DNA of 61,191 bases, taken from assembly GCA_964493715.1 (NCBI GenBank), contig CAZBPC010000006.1, positions 1-61,191 of the forward strand. The letters are read 5' to 3'. Origin of the DNA: an uncultured archaeon. GTDB taxonomy: Archaea > Asgardarchaeota > Lokiarchaeia > Sigyniarchaeales > SOKP01. A program made the translations under genes and the position numbers. Positions 38,446 to 49,731 of the stretch are shown piece after piece. The notes below the pieces were generated by a model. It was not told the DNA's origin and searched no databases. It saw nothing but the letters and a program-made list of their open reading frames with translations. Numbering within the stretch: the stretch's first letter is position 1; every line of letters begins with the position of its first letter.

Positions 38446-39894
38446 ATGAAGAAACGAGAAATGCTTTCATTAGTTATTTTTTTGATGCTCATTCTTATAA
38501 TCATCATGGATAGTGCTTTATTACTCCCGAATCAGGTACTAATCGCTGCAGACTTAGGAATTTATTTTGATTCAATTGGAATTCTTATGGGAACCTATAC
38601 AATAATATATGGTGTATCAATTCTTGTATTTGGATACCTAACAGATAAATATCTTCGTAAAAATTTGCTTATTCTTTCAGGCGTATTATGGTCAACCACA
38701 GCATTATTTTATTTGTTTGTAGAACAATTCTGGCAACTGATGGTGCTAAGAATTATTGCAGCAATAGCAACTGGAATAACCGCTCCTCTTTCGATTTCAT
38801 ATATGGCAGATCTGATATCTTCAGATTCTCGTTCAAAGTCGTTTGCGTTTTGGGGTTTAATCACCACGATATCGAGTTTATTAGCCAGTGGAATTGCCCT
38901 AGCTTTTAATCTTATAGATTTTGATTCGATTATTCAACCCACAATAACTCAAAAGATAGATTATATTAGAAATAATTTTGCCGATTCTTTATATACTTGG
39001 AAGCTACCCTATTTTTATCTCGGTATTGCTGCTGTTATACTTACCATTTTAAACATTCTTATCACAATTGAACCAAAAAGAGCTGTGAAAGAGAAATATT
39101 TTAAAGAACTCTTATCGGATGAGAATATACAATATTCCTATAGAATTAAGCTATCAGATCTAAAATACATCTATAAGAGAAAATCAAATTTTTTTTTAAC
39201 TATGAATTTTTTTGATGTTGTTGCATCTGGGCTGTTACTTGCTTATATTTTTCCTTATATTGAGCTTGATATTGGCATTAATATCATTGATTTGAAAGTA
39301 ATTGTTCTAATATTAATAGCAGTGGTTTTCGGCTTAATAATTGGGCAATTTGGATTAGCTCATTGGGGTGATAAAAAAGTCCAAAAAGGAGAACTCAATG
39401 GAAGAGTAAAGGTCGCTACTATCTGTTCTATCTTGACCTTACCTTTCTTACTTGTTGCATTTGGCATGGCACCAAACGTTCCCTCCCAAACATTTTTCTT
39501 TGGAATCTTGCATACAGTTGATGAAATCGGATTCTGGATATTATGGATAATTTTTTCCTCATTTTTAGGAATGGGTCTCGCATTAACGATGGGAATTGGG
39601 CCAAATTGGTATGCCGCTTTATTAGATGTTAATTTTCCAGAAAATCGAGGAACTATGATAGCAGTCGGCTCTTTTATTGATACTATCGGTAGAGCTATGG
39701 GTGCTTTCATTGGTGGATTTATCGTTTCTTACACTGAAAGTTTCTCAGCTACAATTTTCTGGTCTACTCTTATATTTGGTATTTTATCAGTATTTCTTTG
39801 GATTCCTCTTTTCTATACCTCAAAGAAGGATTTTAATACTGTCAATGAAGAAATGAAGCAACGTTCCATTCAAATTAAAGAAAAAAGAAGTTAA
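38446..39894 (+). CDS. MFS transporter
   Basis: GYLTDKYLRK motif A, ~12 TM, DVN.PENRG. Confidence 0.9.
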   Translation: MKKREMLSLVIFLMLILIIIMDSALLLPNQVLIAADLGIYFDSIGILMGTYTIIYGVSILVFGYLTDKYLRKNLLILSGVLWSTTALFYLFVEQFWQLMVLRIIAAIATGITAPLSISYMADLISSDSRSKSFAFWGLITTISSLLASGIALAFNLIDFDSIIQPTITQKIDYIRNNFADSLYTWKLPYFYLGIAAVILTILNILITIEPKRAVKEKYFKELLSDENIQYSYRIKLSDLKYIYKRKSNFFLTMNFFDVVASGLLLAYIFPYIELDIGINIIDLKVIVLILIAVVFGLIIGQFGLAHWGDKKVQKGELNGRVKVATICSILTLPFLLVAFGMAPNVPSQTFFFGILHTVDEIGFWILWIIFSSFLGMGLALTMGIGPNWYAALLDVNFPENRGTMIAVGSFIDTIGRAMGAFIGGFIVSYTESFSATIFWSTLIFGILSVFLWIPLFYTSKKDFNTVNEEMKQRSIQIKEKRS

Positions 39895-39945
39895 TAATAA
39901 TTATTTTTTTTATTTACTTTATTTAAAGTTTCAGAAGTGTTAATC

Positions 39946-40721
39946 TTATTCTTCTTTAATTGAGAGGATTATTTTTATCCAACGGGGCAAAATAAAACCA
40001 AGATAAAAGAATAAATTTGATATCACCAATATTATTCGGATTATAATTAACGTTATCGCGTCCATCTCTATTAATGCATCAAATATTGCGGAGATTCCAA
40101 ATAAGATGAAAGCGAATAATAAAAAATAACCCTTCCACATCAAAGATTTACTTTCTTTTAATTTTATAGAACTAACGGCAAAATGAATCCCCGTTGCACA
40201 CGCAGTAATAATACTCAAGCCTAAAAATACTAGTATAAATCCTTTATAATCTATATCAGTAGGATTACTAATATTATTAAATATCCCTAATAATGAGCTA
40301 ACTGGTGCTCCGGAGGCAAAGTACAGAAAATAAAACAAATAAAATTCGAAGATTAGTGATAAAACACCATAAATAATCAAAATCATCTTCTTTCTCTCTG
40401 GTTTTAAGGTGCTAAAATAAACATTTAACCAAGCCAGTATTGCTATTGGGATTCCTACAGTTCCTAAGAGCACATAAATTTGATAGGATAAAGTCTCTCC
40501 CGTAATTTGCCAATATATAATCCTAATCCACTAGGAAACCACGGAGATAATGTAAAAACGATACATAAGAAAAAATTGAAAATCAAAAATTGCTTTGTTT
40601 TAATCGATTTTATTAATACTATCAACCCAAAGAAGAGACCAATAAAAACTGAAATTGCTGCGGTGATACCAGAGACTATAGCTACTTCACTTACAAATTG
40701 TATAATCATATCATAAATCAT
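39946..40721 (-). pseudogene. frameshifted 7TM (HisKA_7TM-like) membrane protein
   Basis: ORFs 40464-40721 and 39946-40473 join if one base is restored near 40520 (PSGLG-[x]-IYWQITGETLSYQIYVLLGTVG). Confidence 0.75.
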
Positions 40722-40810
40722 CCTAATTTATTTTTAGCTTATATACACAATTATAAAAGATTAAATTAATAAATTTTAAGTTTGAGTTTGTTAGGATTTT
40801 AATAAGATTT

Positions 40811-41683
40811 CTAATTATTGTATATAAGAATGTCAAGAACTGTATGGTAAAGGTGAGGACCATAGCTTTTTACAAATCTTTTTTCTAATAATTTGCATCT
40901 TAGACTTTGCACTTCAGCTATTTTTTTGAAATCATCAAATAAATTCATATAATTATCTTTCTCAATGATTCCTTCGTAATGGTAAATTGTTCCATCATCA
41001 CGAGCAACTAACAAGGCTTCTTTTATATAATTTTTTGGAGCGGGAAAAACGCCCATAATAACTCTATGGGCTTTTATTCCTGAATCTCTTAATTTCACTA
41101 CTTCTTTTTTACAATCACCATTTATTGGGATAATTAAATCTTCGAGATGGTTTAGTTTCACATTTTCAACTAAATATTGATATGCCACTGGATTTAGTTC
41201 AATACTATAAATTCGGCTTGGTTTTGAATGTTTACCTATTGGTAGAGAAAAATACCCAATGCCAGCAAACATATCTACTATGATCTCACCATCTTTGACT
41301 AAAGTTGCTAAATATTTCCGTTCAGATAAATTTCCTTGGCTAAACATTATTTTAGTGAAATCAAAACTGTAAATAACATCATGTTCTTTATGCCTAACAA
41401 GAGAATTATTTTCTCCCGCAACATATTCTATATTATTTGGCTCTCTAAACGTACCCTCAATTTTTCCTTTATTTAAATAAACAGATTTTATATTAGGTAA
41501 TAACTCCATGCACTTTTGAGCAATAACAGTTCTTTTATCCAAAAGAACTGGATTTAATTTAAGGATCATTACTTTTCCTATCAACTGAAACCCTCTTGGA
41601 AGAAGATCGAGTTCCATCTCTGTTAAAATGTCCTTTAAACTACTCTTAAGTTTTGTCTTAAAACTCATTAGATAGATGTCCAA
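40811..41683 (-). CDS. Trm5/Taw2 (TYW2) family SAM-dependent tRNA-modifying enzyme
   Basis: G.FREP, MFSQGNL.ER, VDMFAGIGYF, ELNP.A, HY. Confidence 0.88.
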   Translation of the reverse strand: MDIYLMSFKTKLKSSLKDILTEMELDLLPRGFQLIGKVMILKLNPVLLDKRTVIAQKCMELLPNIKSVYLNKGKIEGTFREPNNIEYVAGENNSLVRHKEHDVIYSFDFTKIMFSQGNLSERKYLATLVKDGEIIVDMFAGIGYFSLPIGKHSKPSRIYSIELNPVAYQYLVENVKLNHLEDLIIPINGDCKKEVVKLRDSGIKAHRVIMGVFPAPKNYIKEALLVARDDGTIYHYEGIIEKDNYMNLFDDFKKIAEVQSLRCKLLEKRFVKSYGPHLYHTVLDILIYNN

Positions 41684-41810
41684 AAATGTAAGAAATATCG
41701 ATAATAATTTCTCATTTAGAATCGAGTTAAATTATTATATAATAGTTAATCAATGATAATATATTAAATGAAATTTTTGTTATTAAAAAAAAATCAATTA
41801 CCAAGGGAGT

Positions 41811-43676
41811 ATGAATAAAATGACAAGTTTAAAAGATGAGCAATTCATCGTTAATGAACAAAAAGTATGGTTCAATGGAGGTTATTGGCCGGAAGGGGTT
41901 CCAAAGCAATTGAAAGATGTTGAAGGATTAGAGATCACCCCCATGTGGGAAGGATTCATTAAATCTGCTAATGAATATGGAATCTGGGATAGTGATATTT
42001 GCATCTTTGTATATGGACCTTACATAGAAAAAGTTAAATTAAAAACCTTGTTTGAGTATGCAAAGAAATTCGGCACTTTTTTACACGATCACGACATTAA
42101 AAAGGGAGACGTTGTAGCCATAGATCTTCCAAATTCTATTAATTTTGTAGTGGCATATATGGGATGCATGTATATTGGTGCTATTGCACAAGGAATCAAC
42201 CCAACTTATAAACCAATGGAACTATTACACTCTCTAACTATGACCAACGCAAAGGTACTAGTTCTTATGGATATGTTATACATAGCTGGCCCTAGCACCA
42301 TTCTTCCTAAGACAAGTGTTGAATTATTGATCCCTTCTAACTTTACTGATTTTTTTACTGCTAATGAAGAAATTATCGCAGCACTAGGAATTCCAAATGC
42401 AAGGGAAAAGATACCCAATGAAACAGAGGATTATAAAATACACTGGATGAATGACATCATAAAAAATACTGAACCAAAGGAAATCTCAGTGGAAATAGAT
42501 CCTTGGACTGATCCAGCAGTATATTTAATGACAGGAGGCACTACTGGCTTACCTAAAGCTGCAATGCTTAGTCACGCTAATTTAATTTCTAATCTGTACA
42601 TGATTAAACCTTGGACAAATCTTGAACCTGGAATGATAACCATTGGAAGTATACCTTTTTTCCACAGTTTTGGCATGACATGCGTTATGAATGGTGCTCT
42701 ATCCTTAGGTATGGTTATGCTACTCTTTCCAAAACCACCAACTGATGATGTTCTTTCTGAAACGATTAATAAACTAAACGCTCCGCAAGGAATCATATAT
42801 GTTGGTGTTGAAATGCTCTTTAAGAGGCTAACAGATTATGTGAATGAATTAGGAGTTGAAGCGTTTAAGCAAAAATATGATTTTTGGAAAAAACTACGAT
42901 ATGCCACGTCAGGAGCAGGGCCACTGCACGAATATGTGAGGAAACCCTTCGAGGAAATATTCTGTCCCATTCGTGTAGGTTATGGGTTAACCGAAACTTC
43001 CCCGGTAACTAGTGTTGCTCCATTTTGGGGTCCAAATAAGACGGGAAAATTAGGTTTACCTCTTAGTGGAGTAGATTGGGCAATATTTGATTCCGAAAAT
43101 TTTGAGGCAGGACCAATATGTGATGGGACACCCGAACGAAATAATTTCGGAGTTGAACATACTGGTGAAATTTGTGTAGCAGGTCCTCATATCATGCTTG
43201 GATATTTAGGAGTTCAAGAGGAACAAGAGGATAATCTTAAGATGTGGGGTGGTAAGCGCTGGCTATTAACTGGAGATATTGGTTTCATGGATGAGCATGG
43301 TTTCTGTGAGATTAGAGATAGAAAGAAATCTTTAATCAAGGTATCTGGTCACTCCGTTTTTCCTAAAGAAGTTGAAGATTACCTTGGACAGCATCCTGCT
43401 ATTGATGAAGCTGCTGTAGCTGGTCTTCCTGATGAAAACACAGGGGAAAAAGTAAAAGCATGGATTACATTAAAACCCGGACTTAAGATTGATAGAGACA
43501 TTACAGTGGATGAGATTAAGCACTGGTGTTTAGAAAACATGGCAAAATGGAAGAGTCCTGTTTTGATAGAAGTGGTTCGAAATCTTCCAGTTAGCATGAC
43601 CGGTAAAGTTCAAAGAAGAGAACTTCAAGAGAAAGATATTTCAAAATTAGAGAGTGGAAAATCAATTAAAGGCTAA
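41811..43676 (+). CDS. long-chain acyl-CoA synthetase (AMP-binding)
   Basis: TGGTTGLPK, GYGLTETSP, TGD, DRKK, P.EVE, GKV.RR. Confidence 0.93.
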   Translation: MNKMTSLKDEQFIVNEQKVWFNGGYWPEGVPKQLKDVEGLEITPMWEGFIKSANEYGIWDSDICIFVYGPYIEKVKLKTLFEYAKKFGTFLHDHDIKKGDVVAIDLPNSINFVVAYMGCMYIGAIAQGINPTYKPMELLHSLTMTNAKVLVLMDMLYIAGPSTILPKTSVELLIPSNFTDFFTANEEIIAALGIPNAREKIPNETEDYKIHWMNDIIKNTEPKEISVEIDPWTDPAVYLMTGGTTGLPKAAMLSHANLISNLYMIKPWTNLEPGMITIGSIPFFHSFGMTCVMNGALSLGMVMLLFPKPPTDDVLSETINKLNAPQGIIYVGVEMLFKRLTDYVNELGVEAFKQKYDFWKKLRYATSGAGPLHEYVRKPFEEIFCPIRVGYGLTETSPVTSVAPFWGPNKTGKLGLPLSGVDWAIFDSENFEAGPICDGTPERNNFGVEHTGEICVAGPHIMLGYLGVQEEQEDNLKMWGGKRWLLTGDIGFMDEHGFCEIRDRKKSLIKVSGHSVFPKEVEDYLGQHPAIDEAAVAGLPDENTGEKVKAWITLKPGLKIDRDITVDEIKHWCLENMAKWKSPVLIEVVRNLPVSMTGKVQRRELQEKDISKLESGKSIKG

Positions 43677-43827
43677 CTTTTAATTGTTATTGTGATTCTT
43701 CATTTTTTTTATTATTTTTTACTTTTATTATGTTAATATGCTATTCTTACATCCATATATAAGAGTTAATTTAAATATGTAAGCTCTATTTTATTTGTAA
43801 ACTAGAATTTTAGAATAACGATATAAT

Positions 43828-44679
43828 ATGGCTGATGAGATCAAAATATTAAAACCGGCGTGTCCAAAATGTGGTGTAACCAAAAATATTCCGATCCTTG
43901 CATCAATTTTTGCTCAAAAGACTTTTGGTTTTATAAAGATTCAAGTTCCTCAAGGTGGTTGCTGTGAGGATCACCAATTCATTGTAATTGCTGATAATGA
44001 GGCCAAGATCATTGGATATGAAGCTATAGATCTGTCTGTAACTAAAGAAGAAGAGCAATTAGCTGAAATGGAATCTGAAGTCAAGTTTCCATTAAAATAT
44101 TTAATAAATAAGCTAGGTTTTAATAGTGTTGCTGGTTTAATCCATGCAAAATTGTTTAAATATGATTCATTTATTATAAGAAGCGATGAAGCTGATATAA
44201 GCATGGAAGATCTAAATGAATACTTTGATATGATGATTCCTGAACCATATAAGAATTCAATCAAAATTGATACCATCTATTTTGATGCTCAGATTTTTCC
44301 AAACCCTGGTTATTTCTATTCATTAGTAGCAAATCAAAGAACAAAGGCATTCCTCTTCAATCCGAGGAAACGTATAATACAAATGCCTTGGTACACGAGC
44401 ATAGCCTACGAAACTCATATTATTAACTATGCCTTAAAACGAACAGATCCAAAGGAACAAACCAAAATAATCTCTGATTCTATTGGGCGATTCATAAGCG
44501 ATTCCGAATTTGCTAAAACAATCTTGGATGGAGTTAAAAAAATTTCTGAAAAAGAATTCATAAAAACGTTAGATGAGAAATTAGCATTGACTACGATAAA
44601 CAAATATCGAATGGCTTTAATAAATGAATTCTTAAGAAGACAAGTTTCTGTTGATCTACTTAAAAAGATAAAAAAATGA
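43828..44679 (+). CDS. hypothetical protein with N-terminal CxxC...CxxH Zn-binding module
   Basis: CPKC...CCEDHQF...D......GYE..D; helical C-terminus. Confidence 0.7.
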   Translation: MADEIKILKPACPKCGVTKNIPILASIFAQKTFGFIKIQVPQGGCCEDHQFIVIADNEAKIIGYEAIDLSVTKEEEQLAEMESEVKFPLKYLINKLGFNSVAGLIHAKLFKYDSFIIRSDEADISMEDLNEYFDMMIPEPYKNSIKIDTIYFDAQIFPNPGYFYSLVANQRTKAFLFNPRKRIIQMPWYTSIAYETHIINYALKRTDPKEQTKIISDSIGRFISDSEFAKTILDGVKKISEKEFIKTLDEKLALTTINKYRMALINEFLRRQVSVDLLKKIKK

Positions 44680-44685
44680 ATTATT

Positions 44686-46314
44686 TTAATGCATTTTGTT
44701 TAAATTTTTATAGGTTTTTCCCATTACCTTATATATATTAAGAAATTCATTGAATAGTCCATCATATATCTCTTTATTATCGGAGTTAGGTTGAAAGATA
44801 TTGGAATATTCAGTATATTTTGGAATATCTTCCCAATTGATATATCCTAATCCTACTGAGGCAATGAATGCAGCTCCTCGCGCATTTGCTTGAATGGGAT
44901 TCTTTACTTGCTTTATTGTTCTGTTAAGTACATCGGCAAAAATTTGACACCATACATTGCTATTAGCTCCACCACCAATAATGTTAAGCTCTGGAATGAT
45001 CTTGTCATCTTTAATTAGTTCAGGTTTATTTTTTTTGACCCATTTCGCAATAAATTTCTCGACATATATCAATAGCCATCTCAAGTTATAAGCAACTCCC
45101 TCAAAAATCGCTCTAATTAAATGTTCTCTGGTAGTATCAAGTGATATATTATATATACCGCCTCTAACTGTATGATCATCTATTGGTGCTCTTTCTCCAA
45201 AGAGCCAAGGTGTAAATATCAAATTATGAGCTCCTACTGGAGTATTTTCGACGATTTTATCAAAAATCTTATACACATCAGGAACCTTCTCTTCTTTTAA
45301 TAACTCATCCTTATGATATAAAATATTATCCCTTAAAAAACTTAAGGCTCCTCCCGCTATTTCTTGTTCGTTAAGAAGCATGTATTTACCTGGAATTCCT
45401 GAAGGAGCGGTGCCCATGTTATGGAATATATCAACTTTTTTAAATGGGAAGTGACAAAGCATCCAATCAGATGTGCCTATTGTAAAGTGTGCTTTATAAT
45501 CTTCGACGGCTCCAGAGCCAATTGTAGCGGTATGTAAATCAGGTGCACCTAAGATTACTTTAGCCTCACTGTTGATTCCGACCTTTTCAGCAAATTCTTT
45601 AGTAACTTTTCCTAATACGTCCGTGGTTTTTTTGATTTCAGGAAATTTGTTGACATCTAACTTTAATTTCTTTATAAGTGTCTTGGAATATTTTATATTA
45701 TTAATATCTCGAATATCTGTAATCCAATGCATATGCACTGTTGCTTCAGAAGTAGCAATCTGTCCTGTTAACTTGTAATTCACCCAATCTTGAGGTTCTA
45801 AAAATTTAAACGTTTTTTCATAAATATCTGGAAAATTATCCCTAATCCAAAGGACATGCGCAATAGAATCCTTACCTGATAAAGTTGGGCCCCCACCAGT
45901 AATTTTAATCCATTTAAGCATTTTTATCATATTGTAACCACTAACTTTGATAAGCCCTTTATGTAACTTCTTCATTTGCTTCGCTCCTCTAGTATCCATC
46001 CAGATAATACAATTCATAAGTTCTTTACCTTCTTTATCAATTGGAATAGTCCCGCTCCATTGACTCGTATTAGATACAGCAACGATGTCCTTAGGATCAA
46101 TAATTCTCTTTTCAATAAGTTCTTTAGAACCTTCTATTATGGCTTTCCACCAATCTTGAGGATCCTGTTCCGCTGCTCCAGGTTCTGGTAAATACAAAGG
46201 AACTTCTTTAAGCACCCAGTCAATAACCTCCCCATACACAGATACTATTGCAGGTTTTGGGCCAGATGTACCATGATCGATTGCCAAAATGTATTTTTCA
46301 ATCTTATTTGCCAT
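44686..46314 (-). CDS. FGGY carbohydrate kinase (xylulokinase-like)
   Basis: AID.GTS..K, AEQDP.DWW, W.D.R, GERAP, GGGA.S..WCQI.AD. Confidence 0.92.
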   Translation of the reverse strand: MANKIEKYILAIDHGTSGPKPAIVSVYGEVIDWVLKEVPLYLPEPGAAEQDPQDWWKAIIEGSKELIEKRIIDPKDIVAVSNTSQWSGTIPIDKEGKELMNCIIWMDTRGAKQMKKLHKGLIKVSGYNMIKMLKWIKITGGGPTLSGKDSIAHVLWIRDNFPDIYEKTFKFLEPQDWVNYKLTGQIATSEATVHMHWITDIRDINNIKYSKTLIKKLKLDVNKFPEIKKTTDVLGKVTKEFAEKVGINSEAKVILGAPDLHTATIGSGAVEDYKAHFTIGTSDWMLCHFPFKKVDIFHNMGTAPSGIPGKYMLLNEQEIAGGALSFLRDNILYHKDELLKEEKVPDVYKIFDKIVENTPVGAHNLIFTPWLFGERAPIDDHTVRGGIYNISLDTTREHLIRAIFEGVAYNLRWLLIYVEKFIAKWVKKNKPELIKDDKIIPELNIIGGGANSNVWCQIFADVLNRTIKQVKNPIQANARGAAFIASVGLGYINWEDIPKYTEYSNIFQPNSDNKEIYDGLFNEFLNIYKVMGKTYKNLNKMH

Positions 46315-46526
46315 TTTTAATCTACCAATCTTATTTTGTATTATTAAAATAAATTAAATCTTTTAGAATATAAATTTTAGTTCACTTAAGGATTTTTATG
46401 AATTTTAAAGTTCAAAAAATTAAGATCTGAATGAGAAATAAACTTAATTTTAGATGTATCTCTTAATATATATAATTAATTAAAATATATTAATAGCTTA
46501 AAAGAAATCAAAATTGATGATTTTTA

Positions 46527-47930
46527 ATGGATTATGAGGAAAAAATAGCTAAAATTAAAAAAATTGTTGATTTGCCTATTGGTAAATTTAAATCCGAAGA
46601 ATTAAAGGGCATTATTGATAGATATGAGAAGAATCATGTGAAATCGAAAGAAACGTTTGAAAGAGCTAGAAAAATCATCCCAGGAGGAGTTGAACATAAC
46701 CTTGCTTTTAATTATCCTTTCCCTTTAGCGAGTAAACGCGTTTTTGACTGTTATATGGAGACTGTAGACGGTATTATACTTACAGATTTTTTGATGGATG
46801 GAGGGCCGATAATTCTTGGACATAATCATCCCGTTTTGACGAAAAAGATGATAGAAGTTATTCGGGAAATCGGACCATGTCATGGGATTACTAACGAATA
46901 TGAATACCTGGCTGCTGAAGAACTTCAGAAACATTTTCCATCATGTGAAGTTATTAGATGGCTTCAAACAGGAACAGAAGCTGATATGCTTGCAATAAGA
47001 ATTGCCAGAGTTGCTACAAACTATAAATGGATAATTAAAATAGGTGGCAGTTATCATGGATGGTCAGACCAATTAGTTTATGATATGCATGTTCCCGGAA
47101 CAAAACTATTAGAATCGCATGGAATTCCAAAAAATGTATTTAAATTCGTTGATTCTTGCCCACCAAACGATATTGAAACATTAAGACAAATGTTTGCTGA
47201 AAAACGAAAAGTTGCTGCCGTTATAATTGAGCCTATGGGAGGTGAATCAGGAGCGATTCCAGTTAAACCTGGATTTAATAAAGAAGTGGAAGAACTCTGT
47301 CATGAGAATAAATCTCTTTTGATATCCGATGAAGTGGTATGTGCTTTTAGGCTGCATATGGGTGGTGGTCAAGCTTATTATGGTTATGAACCTGATTTAT
47401 CAATCTTTGGCAAAATTGTTGGACACGGGTATCCCTCCGCTGCAGCTATTGGAGGTAAAGAAGAATTTATGAAATATTGCGCAGCAGGTGTGGGTGGTGG
47501 AAAAAGAGCTTATAGTGGGGGCACTTTAGCAGCAAATCCTTTGACTTGTGCTGCTGCGTATTATGCTATTAAATTAGTTGAAGAGACTGGAGCAACAGAA
47601 ATAGCAGGAAAAGCTGGAGCCCGATTAGCTAATGGATTAAATCAAGTTTTTGATAAATATGATTTACCCTGGTTTTCATACAATTTAGGTGGAACGGTTC
47701 ATTTTCACACATCGTGCTTATTTGGATTGAGTTTTGATATTCCTGACCAAGTAGGACAATTACCATTAAGAAAGAAATTCATGGAACACATTGGAGCCGC
47801 TCTAGTAGACCAAGAGATTATATCCGTTGCCGGAAGCAGATTCTATACCTGTATGCTTCATACCGATGAAATAATTGATGAAACCATCCAAAAAATTGAT
47901 AATATTTGTCAAAAAATAGAAAAATATTAA
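46527..47930 (+). CDS. class III PLP aminotransferase (GSA-aminomutase-like)
   Basis: IPGGV, GP.ILGH, TGTEA.M.A.R.AR, YHG, DEV...FR, FGK..G.G, GT.A.NP. Confidence 0.9.
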   Translation: MDYEEKIAKIKKIVDLPIGKFKSEELKGIIDRYEKNHVKSKETFERARKIIPGGVEHNLAFNYPFPLASKRVFDCYMETVDGIILTDFLMDGGPIILGHNHPVLTKKMIEVIREIGPCHGITNEYEYLAAEELQKHFPSCEVIRWLQTGTEADMLAIRIARVATNYKWIIKIGGSYHGWSDQLVYDMHVPGTKLLESHGIPKNVFKFVDSCPPNDIETLRQMFAEKRKVAAVIIEPMGGESGAIPVKPGFNKEVEELCHENKSLLISDEVVCAFRLHMGGGQAYYGYEPDLSIFGKIVGHGYPSAAAIGGKEEFMKYCAAGVGGGKRAYSGGTLAANPLTCAAAYYAIKLVEETGATEIAGKAGARLANGLNQVFDKYDLPWFSYNLGGTVHFHTSCLFGLSFDIPDQVGQLPLRKKFMEHIGAALVDQEIISVAGSRFYTCMLHTDEIIDETIQKIDNICQKIEKY

Positions 47931-48037
47931 ATCTAAAATTTAATCCTATTTCTTATTAGAATCTCATTATATATTGCTTCTTCGTTCCCCGCTTTTTTTA
48001 TATTTATATTCTTTACCAGTGATGACCTAAAATCATC

Positions 48038-48976
48038 ATGTTTTTGATCCAAAATTTAAAAATTTTAGACAACGTACAGAAAAATGTTTTAACCGAAACA
48101 AGGTTCTATTTTCTTATGGGGATAAACAAAAATTGGTTCGTCGAGAAAATTAACAAATTTCTGGAAAATGATGAAATCAATAGGATGAAAATGGTTGACA
48201 ATTCCAAAATGTTTGAACCAGATGTAATCGTTGGAATAGTTTCGGGGAACGATCCGATATTTGGCGATTATAAGAAGATTATTGGGGACTTTTATCTTGC
48301 TCCAACTGAAGCATATAAATGGTACTGTGAAAAAAATAGAATAGCTAATTCAACACGAAATTTAAGCGTAGTAGCTTATATTCTTCCTATTAATAGCAAT
48401 ACTAAAAAGGAAAATTTTGAATATTCTAAAGAAAATCCTTCAAAGAAATGGGCGAATACCAGATTATTTGGAGAACAAGCTAATGTAAAGATTCAGATGC
48501 ATTTAATCAGTGAATTAAAGAACTTAGGGATTAATGCAATGGCACCTACTAACGAAAAACGTTTATTTAATATAAATCGTAAGATCTGGGCTTCAAATTG
48601 GTCTCATAGGCATTGTTGTTTTGCAGCGGGTTTAGGGTCTTTCGGATTATCTGATGGGTTTATTAACTCCCGGGGAAAGGCGATGAGGTGTGGTAGTTTA
48701 ATTATTGATTACGATTTACCCTCGGATGCAGCAAAAAGACCTTTAAATCCATACGAGTATTGCATCAATTGCGGAGATTGTATTAATCGTTGCCCCGTTA
48801 ACGCAATATCATTTGAAAATCGTCATGATAAAATTATTTGTTCAAATCACGTTATGGGAACAATCCCATATATTAAAAAAAATTATGGAATTAACATCTA
48901 TGGATGTGGATTATGTCAAGTCGGGGTTTCATGCTCAAATGGAATCCCAGATAAGATGGTAATTAAAGCATCTTAA
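48038..48976 (+). CDS. QueG/reductive-dehalogenase-like cobalamin 4Fe-4S protein
   Basis: WSHRH..FAAGLG.FG, C.NCG.C..RCP, C...CG.CQ..V.C; likely start at MGINK. Confidence 0.8.
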   Translation: MFLIQNLKILDNVQKNVLTETRFYFLMGINKNWFVEKINKFLENDEINRMKMVDNSKMFEPDVIVGIVSGNDPIFGDYKKIIGDFYLAPTEAYKWYCEKNRIANSTRNLSVVAYILPINSNTKKENFEYSKENPSKKWANTRLFGEQANVKIQMHLISELKNLGINAMAPTNEKRLFNINRKIWASNWSHRHCCFAAGLGSFGLSDGFINSRGKAMRCGSLIIDYDLPSDAAKRPLNPYEYCINCGDCINRCPVNAISFENRHDKIICSNHVMGTIPYIKKNYGINIYGCGLCQVGVSCSNGIPDKMVIKAS

Positions 48977-49731
48977 CTCTGTATTTCATTTCTCAACTTT
49001 AATAGTGTATCGGGGTAATTTGTGAATATTCCGTCTATTCTTCCATCATCATAATTCATGTTAAGGTATTTTTCCATGAAATGTTTAAAGAACACACCCC
49101 ACAAGTAGCATTTATAACCTGAATCTTTAATAAGTTTAAACAGTTCGAAATTAGATTTATAATGTTGTATATTAAATACTTGAATGTTTAATTCTTCCAT
49201 TACATCAAATTGTAGTTCTTTTTCAGCAATACTATTTTTTTTATAACCCCCGAAAACCGAGTTTACAAAATTAACTTTTTCATTCTTTTCTCTTAAAGGT
49301 CTGAAAAAATCATCTAAAGATGTAAATATTGAAGCAGGTTTGGCGATTTCAATTCTATCAATAAGATCCAATTCCTCTCCGATTTCAATAATTTTAACTC
49401 CTACTGGTGTTTCTCTAACATCGAAATTAAATATTAAATTACTTTTTCCAAATTCATTAAAAAGATCTCTTAATGTTAGAATTTGTTCGTTATTTTTGAG
49501 TTTGATCTTTTTGATTTCTCTTAAATTCAAATTACTTATCCTTTTTGAACTGCCGTTAAGATTCACTTGGTTAGAAAAACTAAGAATAACTTGTTCATCC
49601 TTGGATAATTGGGTTTCAGTTTTTAATCCGTCAACACCCATTTTAGTGGCCTTTTTAAAGGATGACATGGAATTTTCAACGGGATATCGAAAACCCGCGC
49701 CTCTATGACCCCATACGATAGTACGATTCAT
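48973..49731 (-). CDS. glycerophosphodiester phosphodiesterase-like protein (degenerate active site)
   Basis: GHRG...ENS..SF..A...G.D, DGIFTNYP; the E-x-D and HD motifs are replaced by K-T-E and F-S. Confidence 0.8.
   Translation of the reverse strand: MNRTIVWGHRGAGFRYPVENSMSSFKKATKMGVDGLKTETQLSKDEQVILSFSNQVNLNGSSKRISNLNLREIKKIKLKNNEQILTLRDLFNEFGKSNLIFNFDVRETPVGVKIIEIGEELDLIDRIEIAKPASIFTSLDDFFRPLREKNEKVNFVNSVFGGYKKNSIAEKELQFDVMEELNIQVFNIQHYKSNFELFKLIKDSGYKCYLWGVFFKHFMEKYLNMNYDDGRIDGIFTNYPDTLLKLRNEIQS

Noticed and set aside
46527-47930. hemL assignment
   Set aside because: GSA-like fold, but with an N-terminal extension, divergent motifs and no tetrapyrrole gene context; symbol withheld.
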